From the NCBI GenBank assembly GCA_964188305.1, contig OZ076889.1: a DNA stretch of 64,000 nucleotides; one strand, written 5' to 3'. Positions within the stretch are counted from its first letter, which is position 1; each line of letters starts with the position of its first letter. Origin of the DNA: Podarcis bocagei. Taxonomy: Eukaryota. Shown one piece after another: positions 41,067 through 53,000 of this stretch. The translations under genes were made by a program, and so were the position numbers. Under the pieces are notes generated by a model that was not told where the DNA came from, made no database searches, and was given only the letters and a program-made list of their open reading frames with translations.

Positions 41067-44000
41067 TTGTATACCTCCCTTCATCCAAAGATCACAGGGT
41101 GGTTCACAACATAAAAATACAAAATGTGAGCACAAAATACATAATAAAGAACCTCAAAACAAACCAATAACACCCCTCCAAACCAATGACACATTTAAAA
41201 GGCTATAGAATGTTTCAACAGCCATAGCCCTGGTTATAGAGAAACTTTTTCATCTGGTGGCTAAAGGTATGTAATGAAGGCTTCAGGCAAACCTCTCCAT
41301 GGAGAGCATTCCACAAATGGAGAGCCACTGCAGAAAAGGTTCATTCTCATGTTTCCACCCTGGACCTCTCATGGAGGAGGGAAACAAAGAAGGGCCTCAG
41401 GTGATGATTGCAGGGCCTGGTATTGTGGTCCTGAGCCATTTAATAGTTTGTATTTTAAGCAAATCTTGAGTTTTTGGAAGCAATGGAAGGTATTTAAGGT
41501 AAATGAGAGGGCCTGATCTCATAGCATAGGATCCTTATTTATGAATTTTCTGAATGTTCTAGTGTGCCAGACTGAAGGGAGCTTACCACATCTTTTAACT
41601 CATAAGAATTGTAAGGGCTTTTGGGTTCTTATGAATTCAGCCAGACCTCCCAGACTCTTCTAAAGCAAAGTTGCCCTGTGACTTGTGAGGTTAAAGCTCC
41701 CTGATCTTTGGGGGTCTGTTTTGTAGTTTCAGAAAGCAGCCTTATATCAAACTGTTTGACTTTACAGTGCTGGATAAAAAATGGACAGAGTTGGACACCG
41801 ATCAACATCGTACCCATGCCATGAGGCTTCTTGATGGCCTTGAAGTCACTGCTCGGGAGAGAAGACTGAGGGTAGCCCGTGCCATCCTCTATGTTGCACA
41901 AGGTATACCTTTATTACTGCCAGAGGAAATACTCAGTTATGAAATGTTTGCTAGTTGCTGTGTAATGTCTTCATGGAATATTTATTAACATGGTACTTGA
42001 GTGAAACAAAGCCTGTTTTTTGAAAAAGAAAGAAAGAATAGAGATGTAGGAAATTTGTTGGTTACTACCTTTATTGCATAAATGACTGAGAGCAGTATTC
42101 TACTAAATGGATCCACTAGTGCAGAGATTTCCACTTGTACAATGAAACCTCCTCCCTCTCTGCCAAATATGTGTGCCAAATCTGTTCCAGAGAGTTGAGG
42201 AGAAACCCAGAACAGATTTAGGAGGTATGCAAGGAGAGGAGAGGGTGGAGAACTTCCGTTGTACTAGCAGATCTATTTAGTTTCATTTTCATTTTCATTT
42301 TTATTTTTAGTTGTTTGGGGCTAGATTCTAGACTTACAGTCACTTTTCATAGTATACCAAGATGGTTGTCCATCTTTGCTCATAGTGTGCCTGAACATCA
42401 GAGTTGACAGAGGCAGCAGTTTGTAGTTGACTATCACATATGCAGATATAATTAACCTGAGTAGTTGTTATTATTATCATCAAAGTTATTTCCCACCCTT
42501 CCACTCAAAGGAACCCAGCGCAGCAAGCGCACAAATAATGAAACAGTTTCAACATCTAAAAGCAATTCCAATTGAAATGCAACCTGTAGAAGGCTTGTTG
42601 AAAGAAGAAGGTACCAAAAAGACAACAGAGGTGGTCCCTGTGTAGTATTTAACAGGACAGAATTCCAAAGAGTGGGTGCCACATCACAAAAGATCTGATT
42701 CCTATATTTTGCAGAATGGACTGTCACCCCCCCCCCCGCTCTGTTAGTATCTGTGTGAGGCCCTCACCAACAGAGAACAGTTATTTGCTGGGAAAATAAG
42801 GGGTGAGACAATCTTTCAGGTATCCTGGTCCCAAGCTGTATAGGGCTTAATGCACCAAAACCAACACCCGGAACGTAGCCCAGTAACTACCGGTAATTGG
42901 CAGCCAGCGAAGTTCTTTTAGCAGCTGTGTAACATGGTGGCAGTAGCCTGCCACAGTGAGCAGTCGAGCCATCTCATTTTGCACTACCTGCAGCTTCAGG
43001 ACCAACTTCAAGGGTAGCCCTGCATAGAAAACATTGCAATAATTCAGCCTGCAGATTACCAGCGCATGGGTGACAGTGGCCCAGTCCTGAAATGGCCATA
43101 GCTGTCATATTGGCCAAAACTGGTAGAAGGCACTCCTGACCACTAAGAGCACTTGGGCCTCTACTGAAAACTATGGATCTGGGAGCACTCCTGGACTATG
43201 AGCCTGCTCTTTAAGTGGGAGTACAACCCTATCCAAAGTAGGGAGTTGGCCAGTTATTGGGAACCAGCCACCCAAAACGCTTCCATCTTGCCAGGATTCC
43301 AAGTCAGTTTGTTGGCCCTCATCCAGCCCACCACCAAGTCCAGGCAGTGGTCCAGAGCTTGCATGGTCTCCATATTAGTACAGATGCATGATATTGCATT
43401 AGTGACATATTTCCATTGCACCAAATATTCAGGCAACAGAGGTTGTTTGGTGGGATTATCCCTTGAGATGTTGGTGTGATCAAGTGCCATCAAGTCCCAC
43501 TGGAAGCCATGCTTTATTTTATAATTGTGTAACACTCTTGTTCTCTGTCCTGCAGCAGGTTCCAGATGCTGCAGGAAGCTGACATTCTAGCCGGTTGTTT
43601 TCATAGTACTGTATTATAATTTTTGTGTTATTATAATTTTGTGAATTCTCTGCCCTTAAGCATAAGAATCAGGAAAAACATATCAGTTATGAAGAACAAC
43701 AACATGCTTTATCTGTAAAATGGAGAGCAAATTGGTATGATTTTTGTTTTTGTGGCTGCAGGCACATTTGATGAGTGCAGCTCTGAAGCTGAAGTTCAGT
43801 CCTGGATGCGATACAACGTTTTCCTTCTGCTTGAAGTTGGTACATTCAATGCTTTGGTGGAACTTTTGAACATGGAAATTGAGTGAGTTCCATGTTGCTG
43901 TAGAGTTGGCCTCTGAGAGGAATGTAGGCTGTTTAGATAGCCTGGTTATGATCTGCCCCACCAGGGTATATATTTTTACAGCTTGTGAATGATCAGATGC

Positions 44001-47000
44001 CAGATTCATTCTGGTATCCATCCAATTTTTATCTGATTCCATAGAAAGCCCTAGAATTTAGGACTGGAGTATTAAGGCAGCAGGGTAACACTGCAAGTTC
44101 TTTTCACCTACCTTTCCAGTATCTGATTAAGAAATGCTATTATTCTGGTAATGGAAATAGAAAAGTAATCTAGAATAACTTGATTTTTAATTATTCATTT
44201 ATAATAATTGTATTAATATTATTAATGATACTATTATTATTATACTTTGTAGTGCCAAACAAGAATCACTTACTTTTGAGGATGGCTTTGTTGTGCTTGC
44301 AGCTAAAAACTAAACATGGATCGATAGAAAGATTAGTATATACTGGACTCAGATGAATGCCTCTGTAGCCCACTCCTTTGATCTCAGTAGGATCAAACAT
44401 GTTCCTACTCAGTTATCTAAAAAAAAGGGAACACAAAGTTGTTATCGCATGTCTAGTAATTTGGTTCTATGGAGCAGATGCTTCTCTCATACTTGAATTC
44501 AGTCCAGTTTGTAAGATCTCATAGCAACTGTTTTGGGCAGCTGCTGTTGGATATGTGAAGGAATTAGAGCATGTGCAGAGTGGTGCCTAGCTGCAGAGAA
44601 AGACCACAGGATATGCAAACTGCACAGTGATGTTTTAATGTTATAATCTTAATGTGACTTGTGTAAAAAAAGCCTTTGATCCCAGATTGTAGGCAGCAAG
44701 AGCTAAGTTGATGTTGCTTCTTTTCTCTCAGCAACAGTGCTGCCTGCAGCAGTGCTGTGAGGAAGCCTGCCATCTCCCTGGCTGACAGCACCGATCTGAG
44801 GTGAGGAGTATTGGCATATAGGCCACAGATGTGATGAGATTTCCCTGTGAAGGACTCATGAGTTTAAAAGAATGCTTTGCTTTCCTTTCCTCCGCAGCCT
44901 TTCCTCTATTTGCATATTCTCTTGTGTCTTTTTGAATCATGACATTTAGAGGTAGAAGGGACCTTTTACACCATATAGTGCAACTTCAGCATAGCCTCCC
45001 AGCAGTGGTGGTAATATTTTTTCAGCCAATAGTGGACAGGACAGAGGAAAAAGTGGGCAGAGCAACTAATGTGAATTTGTATACCTTTGTATACCAGGCA
45101 GTTTCTTCACACACATCCCTCTGTCTTCCATCCAGGCAAGCAAGAAGCATGATCAGAGTTCGAGGGACATATTCCAGCTAGGCAAAACACTTAAGGAGAG
45201 GCCAGATGAGGGGTATGGCTAAGGAAGAGACTTGAGTACCTGACAGAGAGGCCTGAGAAACTGCATGTGGCCTCAGGTCTGAGGTTGCCCATCCCTGCTT
45301 TCAGTATCTACTTGAATACTTCTCTGACATTTGTGCAAGAATCAGATTTATAGATTTGATGCAGCATACTGTTGTGCCTTCAGCTGTCTGCATTGATCTA
45401 ATGGACTTGGGTGTGTGTGTATGAAAAGATAGGTAACCAAACCTAACGCAGCTTTGAATAGAGTATGTTAGGAAGAAACACCGTGTACTAGGTAACACTG
45501 TGTGCTAGTGGCTGTGCAAGTACAATCACCTCATCTGTAGTGAAACATCTATAGCTGGAAAATGGCGAGTTCTTCCAGGAGATGCTTGTGGTTTATGTAA
45601 AGATACACCCACTAGACTGAGTACATTTTTTTTTTAAAGAAATACAGGTTGCTAAGCAACAGTCACCCTGGCAATATAGACTGGGAGCAGGAGGAAAATG
45701 CTGGCTTCTTTCAGTAAAACTTGTCATCTTCTTGTTGTGCCAAGCATATAATGTTGCTACTTCTGCTGAAGCTGGGGGGGGGACATCACTTGTGTACACT
45801 TTGCTAGTCTAGCCCCCTCTCTCCTACCCTTGCAGTTTTGAATAAGCTGAGCCATATTGTCAGAGTTTGCCTTTCTAACCTGCTTGGTCTTTGCAATCCA
45901 TTTTGCAGGGTGCTGCTGAATATTATGTACCTTATCGTAGAGACTGTCCGTCAAGAATGTGAAGGAGACAAGCCTGAGTGGAAGACCATGAGACAGACCT
46001 TTAGAGCAGAACTAGGTAAGGATTCTGTTGCTGCCCATTTTATGTTTGTTAAGGCTGTTTTATAAGTCTTGATTTGAAGTAAGTATCAGTAAGCCAGTAA
46101 GGTGCAATTACTTTGTTGCAAGAAAAACTGCCCAGCCAGGTATGGAAAGGTATCTTTTTTCATTTGCGCTAAATGGGCAGGATGTTTAGAACTAAACTGA
46201 AGCAGGGACGGTGTATACATAGACAAGAAGAAATACAGTGGTTATGGACAATATAATGGCTGTTATGTTGGACCTACTAGTGAATTGACAGCAGAGGATG
46301 GGATTGGAATATATACAGCTAGAACTGAGGCATCTTCATGTAACATGGCCATCGCCAATATATTGCCTTTCAGGGGCACCTCTGTATAACAATGAGCCAT
46401 TTTCCGTGATGCTCTTTGGAATGGTGACCAAATTCTGCAGTGGCCATGCCCCACACTTCCCTATGAAGAAGGTGTTGCTGTTGCTCTGGAAGACTGTCCT
46501 GGTAAGAGGTTGTTGCCTACGAATAATTGGTCTTTTAACAGATTGCTTCTTTTGCTGTAACTAAAAACTCTGTACCCTTGGGATATAACCAGGATTACAC
46601 AAAGAGATGTGGTGCTGCTGTTTTAATTTATTGACTGAGATCAGTTCAGAGACAAGCATGCTTAGCGTTTAAGCTGTAGGATGTGCATAGGTCCGGAGTC
46701 CATTTTATTATTAAAAGCTCTATTGTAGCTAACCAGTAAATGTAAACCACCACAAGGACATCTGTGTGTTGTATGATAATATCCTAGGTTGAGTTTGTCA
46801 CCACCATTGAAAAATCTCGTGGAAACTTTGCAATACACAGCAGTGGAGTTTTGGGGGTGGGGATATTATACCCACAGGCACAGGACCACTCCCTTTTCAT
46901 GCACTGTGCAGTGCACCTACAAGCTGTGAACAGTGCTGGGTTGAAGCAGGATCTTAGATAGTGAGTTGGGGGAAAAATCCCTTACTGATCTCTTCCATCA

Positions 47001-50000
47001 CTGTTGACAAAACAGACACACAGGAGAGCCTGCTCTGTAATTTGTTGGGCTTATTCCTTTCATATATGTCCTGATAATGCCATTTGGCACATCCCTGTAG
47101 CAGTGCTGCTGGTTTCTTATGCTGGCTGCTAGCTGAGTCTGGGTATCCTCAGGGCTTTTTGATTGCTTGAAAATAGCAGATGGCATCATGGATCCAAGCC
47201 TGAGCAAATCAAGCTGCCATTGACACATTGGAAGGAATATCATTATTAATGTGAAATGAGGCTTCTGGGTTATTTTGTTTAAATTAACAAATTTATAGAT
47301 ATTTTGAAACTCGGAAGAAAGAGATGATGAATATTTTCTCGCTAGCTAAAGTATCTTAGGAAGAGGTTCAGTTTACATGGGAATCCCAGGACTGACAAAG
47401 AAGCACACTAGTTGGCCTAAATCTGAAAACCAGGCAGTCCATAGTTTTATTTAATTATGAAATGTTTATCCCACCACACCAAATTGTTTTAATTTTTCAT
47501 ATTGAAAGAAACGATTTCTGGATATTGATTAGAAAAGTTAGGTTAGTTAGTAAATGGACTTGCAGTGCACTAATGCATAATCTTTTTAAAAAGAGCATAG
47601 AAATAAATGAAGTCATTTTAGTTGGTGCCATAATGAAACTCGTACTGCATACATTTGGCTTGCTTTTTCTTTTTCTTTTTGAACTGCTGAAATGTATAGT
47701 TTAAAAACGGTGGTGCTACAACTAGGATGCTATAATATAATCCATTTGTGGGTTATAAGGACATATTTTCACTTGTTTAAGACTAAGTGATCATGAAATC
47801 AATAAAGTGCAATGTTGTTGCTAGTTTTCAAACTACCTACTTCTGTGAGCAGTACAATGTGGTCCAGCTGCCGCTCAGCTAAACACACCTATTTCAGATA
47901 AGCCTGCCTGGCTTTTCCAGAGTTCTTGGTGTTCCTCTGGCTGTTTGGTATCTGCCGAGTAAAGAGCATAATAGTGCAGATACCACAGACAGGTATCATA
48001 TGCTACTGTTTAACCTAAGGTGGTCTTTCCCTGTCAGTGAGTGGATGAGAATTGCCCAGAAGTCTCATGTAAGCCCCTCTGAACTTCTTGAAGAAAGAGA
48101 AGGATATGCTAAATACAGTGGTACCTTGGTTTTCAAATGTAATCCATTCCAGAAGACCGTTCGAGTTCTGAAACGTTCAAAAACTGAATACTCAATAGCC
48201 AACAGCTAGGCCTCAGGATCTTGCACTCAGCAGAAGCCGCATGGCATGTTCGACTTCCAAGGCATGTTGGAAAACCGAAATGTTCATCAACGGAGATGTT
48301 CAAAAGCCGAGGTACCACCGTATGTGTGTCTGCTAGGAATGTGGAGCTCTCACCTTCAAGAGCGAATGTCTTTAACTTCATTTGTTTGAAAGTTAGCTGT
48401 GAAAATGTTTCATATGAGCACAAAGACAGGTTTAAAATGCTATGTTCTTTGGTCTCTACTGTGCCTTCTCATATACACAAATGGTTCTTTGAAGAATGAC
48501 AGACATTCCTATAACTGCAGCAAATCCTCCATTCCTCCGTCTTGGTTTACCTTTAACAAACTGGTTTTTGAAGGGTTTATGAGTGACCAAAGAGATAATG
48601 GAAGTGAATGACCTGCAATTATCCTCTTGCCATAGTGCACCCTTGGAGGATTTGAGGAACTCCAGGATATGAAAGCAGAGAAAAGGGAGATGTTGGGGCT
48701 CCCCCCACTTCCTGAGGATAGCATAAAAGTGATTCGCAACATGAGGGCTGCCTCCCCTCCAGCATCTGCTTCTGATTTGATTGAGCAGCAGCAAAAACGG
48801 GGTCGTCGAGAGCACAAGGTAAGTTAGGGTACAATCCGGGTTGGATGTAATCTTCCTTTGTTTAGGAAGACACTGAACCTAAGGAGAAGGCAGACTATAA
48901 CATCATTTGCTGTATGTTTATTCTTCCAGGCTCTTATTAAACAGGATAACTTAGATGCCTTCAATGAGCGAGATCCTTACAAAGCTGATGACTCCCGGGA
49001 AGAAGAGGAGGAGAATGATGATGACAATAGTCTTGAGGGAGAGACATTCCCTCTTGAAAGAGATGAAGTGATGCCCCCTCCTATCCAGCACCCACCGACT
49101 GACCGACTGACTTGCCCAAAAGGTTTGCCTTGGGCACCCAAGGTCAGGTGAGCACCTATACAGGATTGTTGTATTTAAAGAAAATCCCAGAACTGGAAGG
49201 CTCTCATCTTCAGCCTCAAACCAGTGCTCAACTACTTGGTTAGTGCACCTAATAGATTTCTGAATGTGATAACTATAACGAAATACGTGCTCTGGCTTCT
49301 CTCATTGACGTTGTGATGATGTTTGGGAGCCTTGATGTCTTTGAGGATGCTTGAGATCAGAAGAGCCATTCTCATTTTTTTGTGTCTAGCATATTAAGGA
49401 ACTTCATCTCTCCAGGGCTTTGTGGTGAATGAAATAATCTTGAGGAGCCCTAAAGTTCTGTCTGAATATGATTCTCTTCTCTTTTCTTCAGAGAAAAAGA
49501 CATTGAGATGTTTCTGGAATCAAGTCGGAGCAAATTCATTGGCTACACCTTGGGAAAGTGAGTTAATGGAGCCCCAAATTTGTTTCCTCTTGTGCTTAGC
49601 TTGTTTGTAGGCGATCTCTTCTTACTATGCAGTTACGGTAATGTGTTGGGTAACTGGCAGCATAGACTTTTTCCTGAAAACAGTAAAGACATCAAGCTGT
49701 TCAGGCTTTGTTATTTTTTTAAAGCATTCACATAATTGTTTCTCATCCTGTGTTATGCCACTACTGTAATACTGTTCGGACACTGAGTTTCTGCTGCCCA
49801 TCTTGTCAGCTCCTGAAATCTCAGGAGGTCTGTGCATGCAATCATACATGCATCTGAAAACTATAAATGCAGCTATAATGTTTTATGGTATTCTGCTGTA
49901 ATTTGAGTAACCAAAAGGACTAAAATACTTAAACAACAAAAATAAGGTGTGCCGGTATACACAAACACACACGCAATATTGCTATGGACAGATGAAGAAT

Positions 50001-53000
50001 AGGACCAGGAAAAGACTTAGGACACCCACCATGTGTAGAGTTGCTAAATAAATTAGCATATCAAGTGGTAACAGACATTTTCCAGGCTTTTGGCTGGTAC
50101 AACTAAAAGCTTAATAGGAATGGTGAAAACCTGCTACACTAAGTCACAAAACCATATTGCAGAGGGTACATATGAACTACAGATTGAATCCAGATAACCA
50201 AACTTGTTCCAAGTCTAAGAAATAATAATTTTTTCTTTATTATGTATTAGTGCTTCATTTTAATAGGAAAAAAATCTTACATTTTAGATGCATCCAATTA
50301 GATCCTCCTATTTATTTCAGGTTCTGTTCCTGATGCATAACTAATTACACAAACTGAACATTCTTAAAAATCTAGCATGCTTTTATATTTTAAAGTTGAG
50401 AGGAAGGTTCCTATAATTTCCAAGCATTGCATTCCTGTTTTTTAGGTTGCTAGGTAGCCTGAGAGAATCATATCTGAACTTACTAATAAACAATTTTTAT
50501 TGGCTCAGTAGGAGCAGGAAGCTCTTGCACAAATGAAAGAGAATTTTATTTCTTGCACAATTTATCAGGACATGCCTAGCAAGTATTGTAAACTGCCCTG
50601 TGATCCTCGGATGAAGGGTGGTATAGAAATTTAATTAATAAATAAAAATAAAAGGTGCTGTTTGAAAGCATTACAGAGAGAAGAGTGAAATCCCTTAATC
50701 AGATTGACTAGCTTTCTGTTCACAATTTTACCAAAATAGCTCATTTGTATCACTTATGATATTTACTGGCTGACTGGTTTTGCTTTCACCCCCTCTAGTG
50801 ACACTAACACAGTCGTGGGCTTGCCTAGACCCATTCATGAGAGCATCAAAACTCTTAAGCTGGTGAGTACTCACTGTGTGGACTTCTGAATTTGCATGCG
50901 TAGAAGACATCTCATCTAATTAGTTACTGCTTGTCCAGGCTAAGAAATATATCCTAAGCAGGAAAAGTGCTTGAATTTACGGGGCTTCCAAGATAATGAG
51001 GTTAACTTTCTTTGCCCGGTCTCTTTACAGCACAAATATACATCTATTGCTGAGATTCAAGTACAGATGGAAGAAGAGTATCTGCGTTCTCCCTTGTCAG
51101 GGGTAAGTATCATAGGGCAAATGTTCAAAAGGGGGAAGACTTGTGGTTTAAAAAGCATCTGCATGAAGAAGTGGAAGGAGAAAAGTGTGAATCTCTGATT
51201 TGGAACTGGACATTTGGCTGATCTTTGCTATCTGCATATGCTGTGAGTTGGTCAAAGAGTTGATCCCTCCTGATTCCTAACCTGCAAATCAGATTATTGG
51301 CTTTGGATCATGAGAACTCTGCCCATGAGACACTCTTATTGGAAAGAGAGACTTAGGATCCAACCCTTATGTGGTATGATGCTGTGCAGCTGCCTCTGGA
51401 AGGAGTTCTTTATTAAGGAAAGTTTTGCTGAGTTTCTGGATGAATGCTCATAATATTCAGACTAACTTAGCATGCACTTGAGGTTGGAATGAATGATGCT
51501 ATTATCTCCTTGTGTTAATAAAGGGGGAAGAGGAGGTTGAACAAGTTCCTGCAGAAATCTTGTACCAGGGTCTACTTCCTAGCCTGCCACAGTACATGGT
51601 GAGTTATAGTTTGCTCCTAATGTTCATTCCCAAGGCTTCACCACACCCTTTTCCCATTTCTTAAACTCTAGCCTCTCTACCATTTTCAAGATGGGAGAAA
51701 TAGCTAGACTCGGTTTGCATTTCACTGCTGGCTTATGCAAACTCCCATTCTGATATATATCTTCTTTGCTTGCCCGTATGTGACAAGCTATTTCCTTCAA
51801 TGTTTCATGTTCATCTCTTCCCGTTATCTGTGTTTTTGAGTTTCCTTCTCCTCTTTCCTGTTCTTTGGCACTTCTGAAAGCCTTCTTTGCTTCACTCAAC
51901 TTTCACCCACAGATTGCCTTGCTGAAGATCCTGCTGGCTGCAGCACCCACCTCCAAGGCCAAGACCGATTCCATTAACATCCTAGCAGATGTTTTGCCAG
52001 AGGAGATGCCGTGAGTCTCATTCTTAGGGGGAAAGCATATGGTGAATGAAGGGCAAAGGCAATGAATGGATGTTTACTTGACATTCAGTGGTTGGGCGTT
52101 GAGTGGGCAGGCTGACATTTATTTGTATATTTAGACATTCCTTTCCCGCTGTTCTTTATAAAAAAAAATTCAAATGCTTTTCATATGATGGAACATTTGA
52201 TTGTCCTGAACCTTGAAAAATGATGTGTGCAGCCTAGAATTAAGAGATCTGCTAGCAGAGAAAAGAAGTGTTTGGACTGGACCTGGAAAGCTGTTTTAAA
52301 ATGGGTCTCCTTAGAAATAGCAGGCCTCTTAAGTATGGAGAGGGATGTTAAGTCAGCAATCTCTTGAGAAGCTTCAAGGCAGCTTAAGTGGTGATGCTCG
52401 TGCTTCAATAGAAGACCTTTTCCCCCTGAATTTGAATGTGTCATTAATACATGCACAGTACTTCTCCATGTCTGGAGCAACAAAGATTTCATACGATTGG
52501 TAAATAGGTTCTGCCACATAGCATACATGGGTTCAAGGCAGTACTTTTTTCTTTTAAACTTTTGTTCTGCATAGTACACCCTGAAGTGCTTATGTTGGCA
52601 AATGGAGCCACACACAGCTTGTTGAATTCTTCATTTTATTGACATATTAAACAGAGTCAGGAAGGGCTTGGAGAAAAGTATTGAGGAGTTGCCATCTCTT
52701 CCTTGATCACCCATATATTAACTAAAATTAAAGCAATCTTCTTCACTGGCCTATAGAAAAGAGAGACCATAAAGTGCTACTTAAAGGAGAATTGCCCTAA
52801 AATATAAATAATAGCATTAAGCACAGACAGATCTGCCCTACCACAGTCACCATCACAGGCCGTCGAAGCTAATACTGCTGCTTTGCCTTCCAGAACAACT
52901 GTGTTGCAGAGTATGAAACTAGGTGTTGATGTGAATAGGCACAAAGAAATAATTGTAAAGGCCATTTCTGCTGTTCTGCTTCTACTGCTTAAGCACTTTA

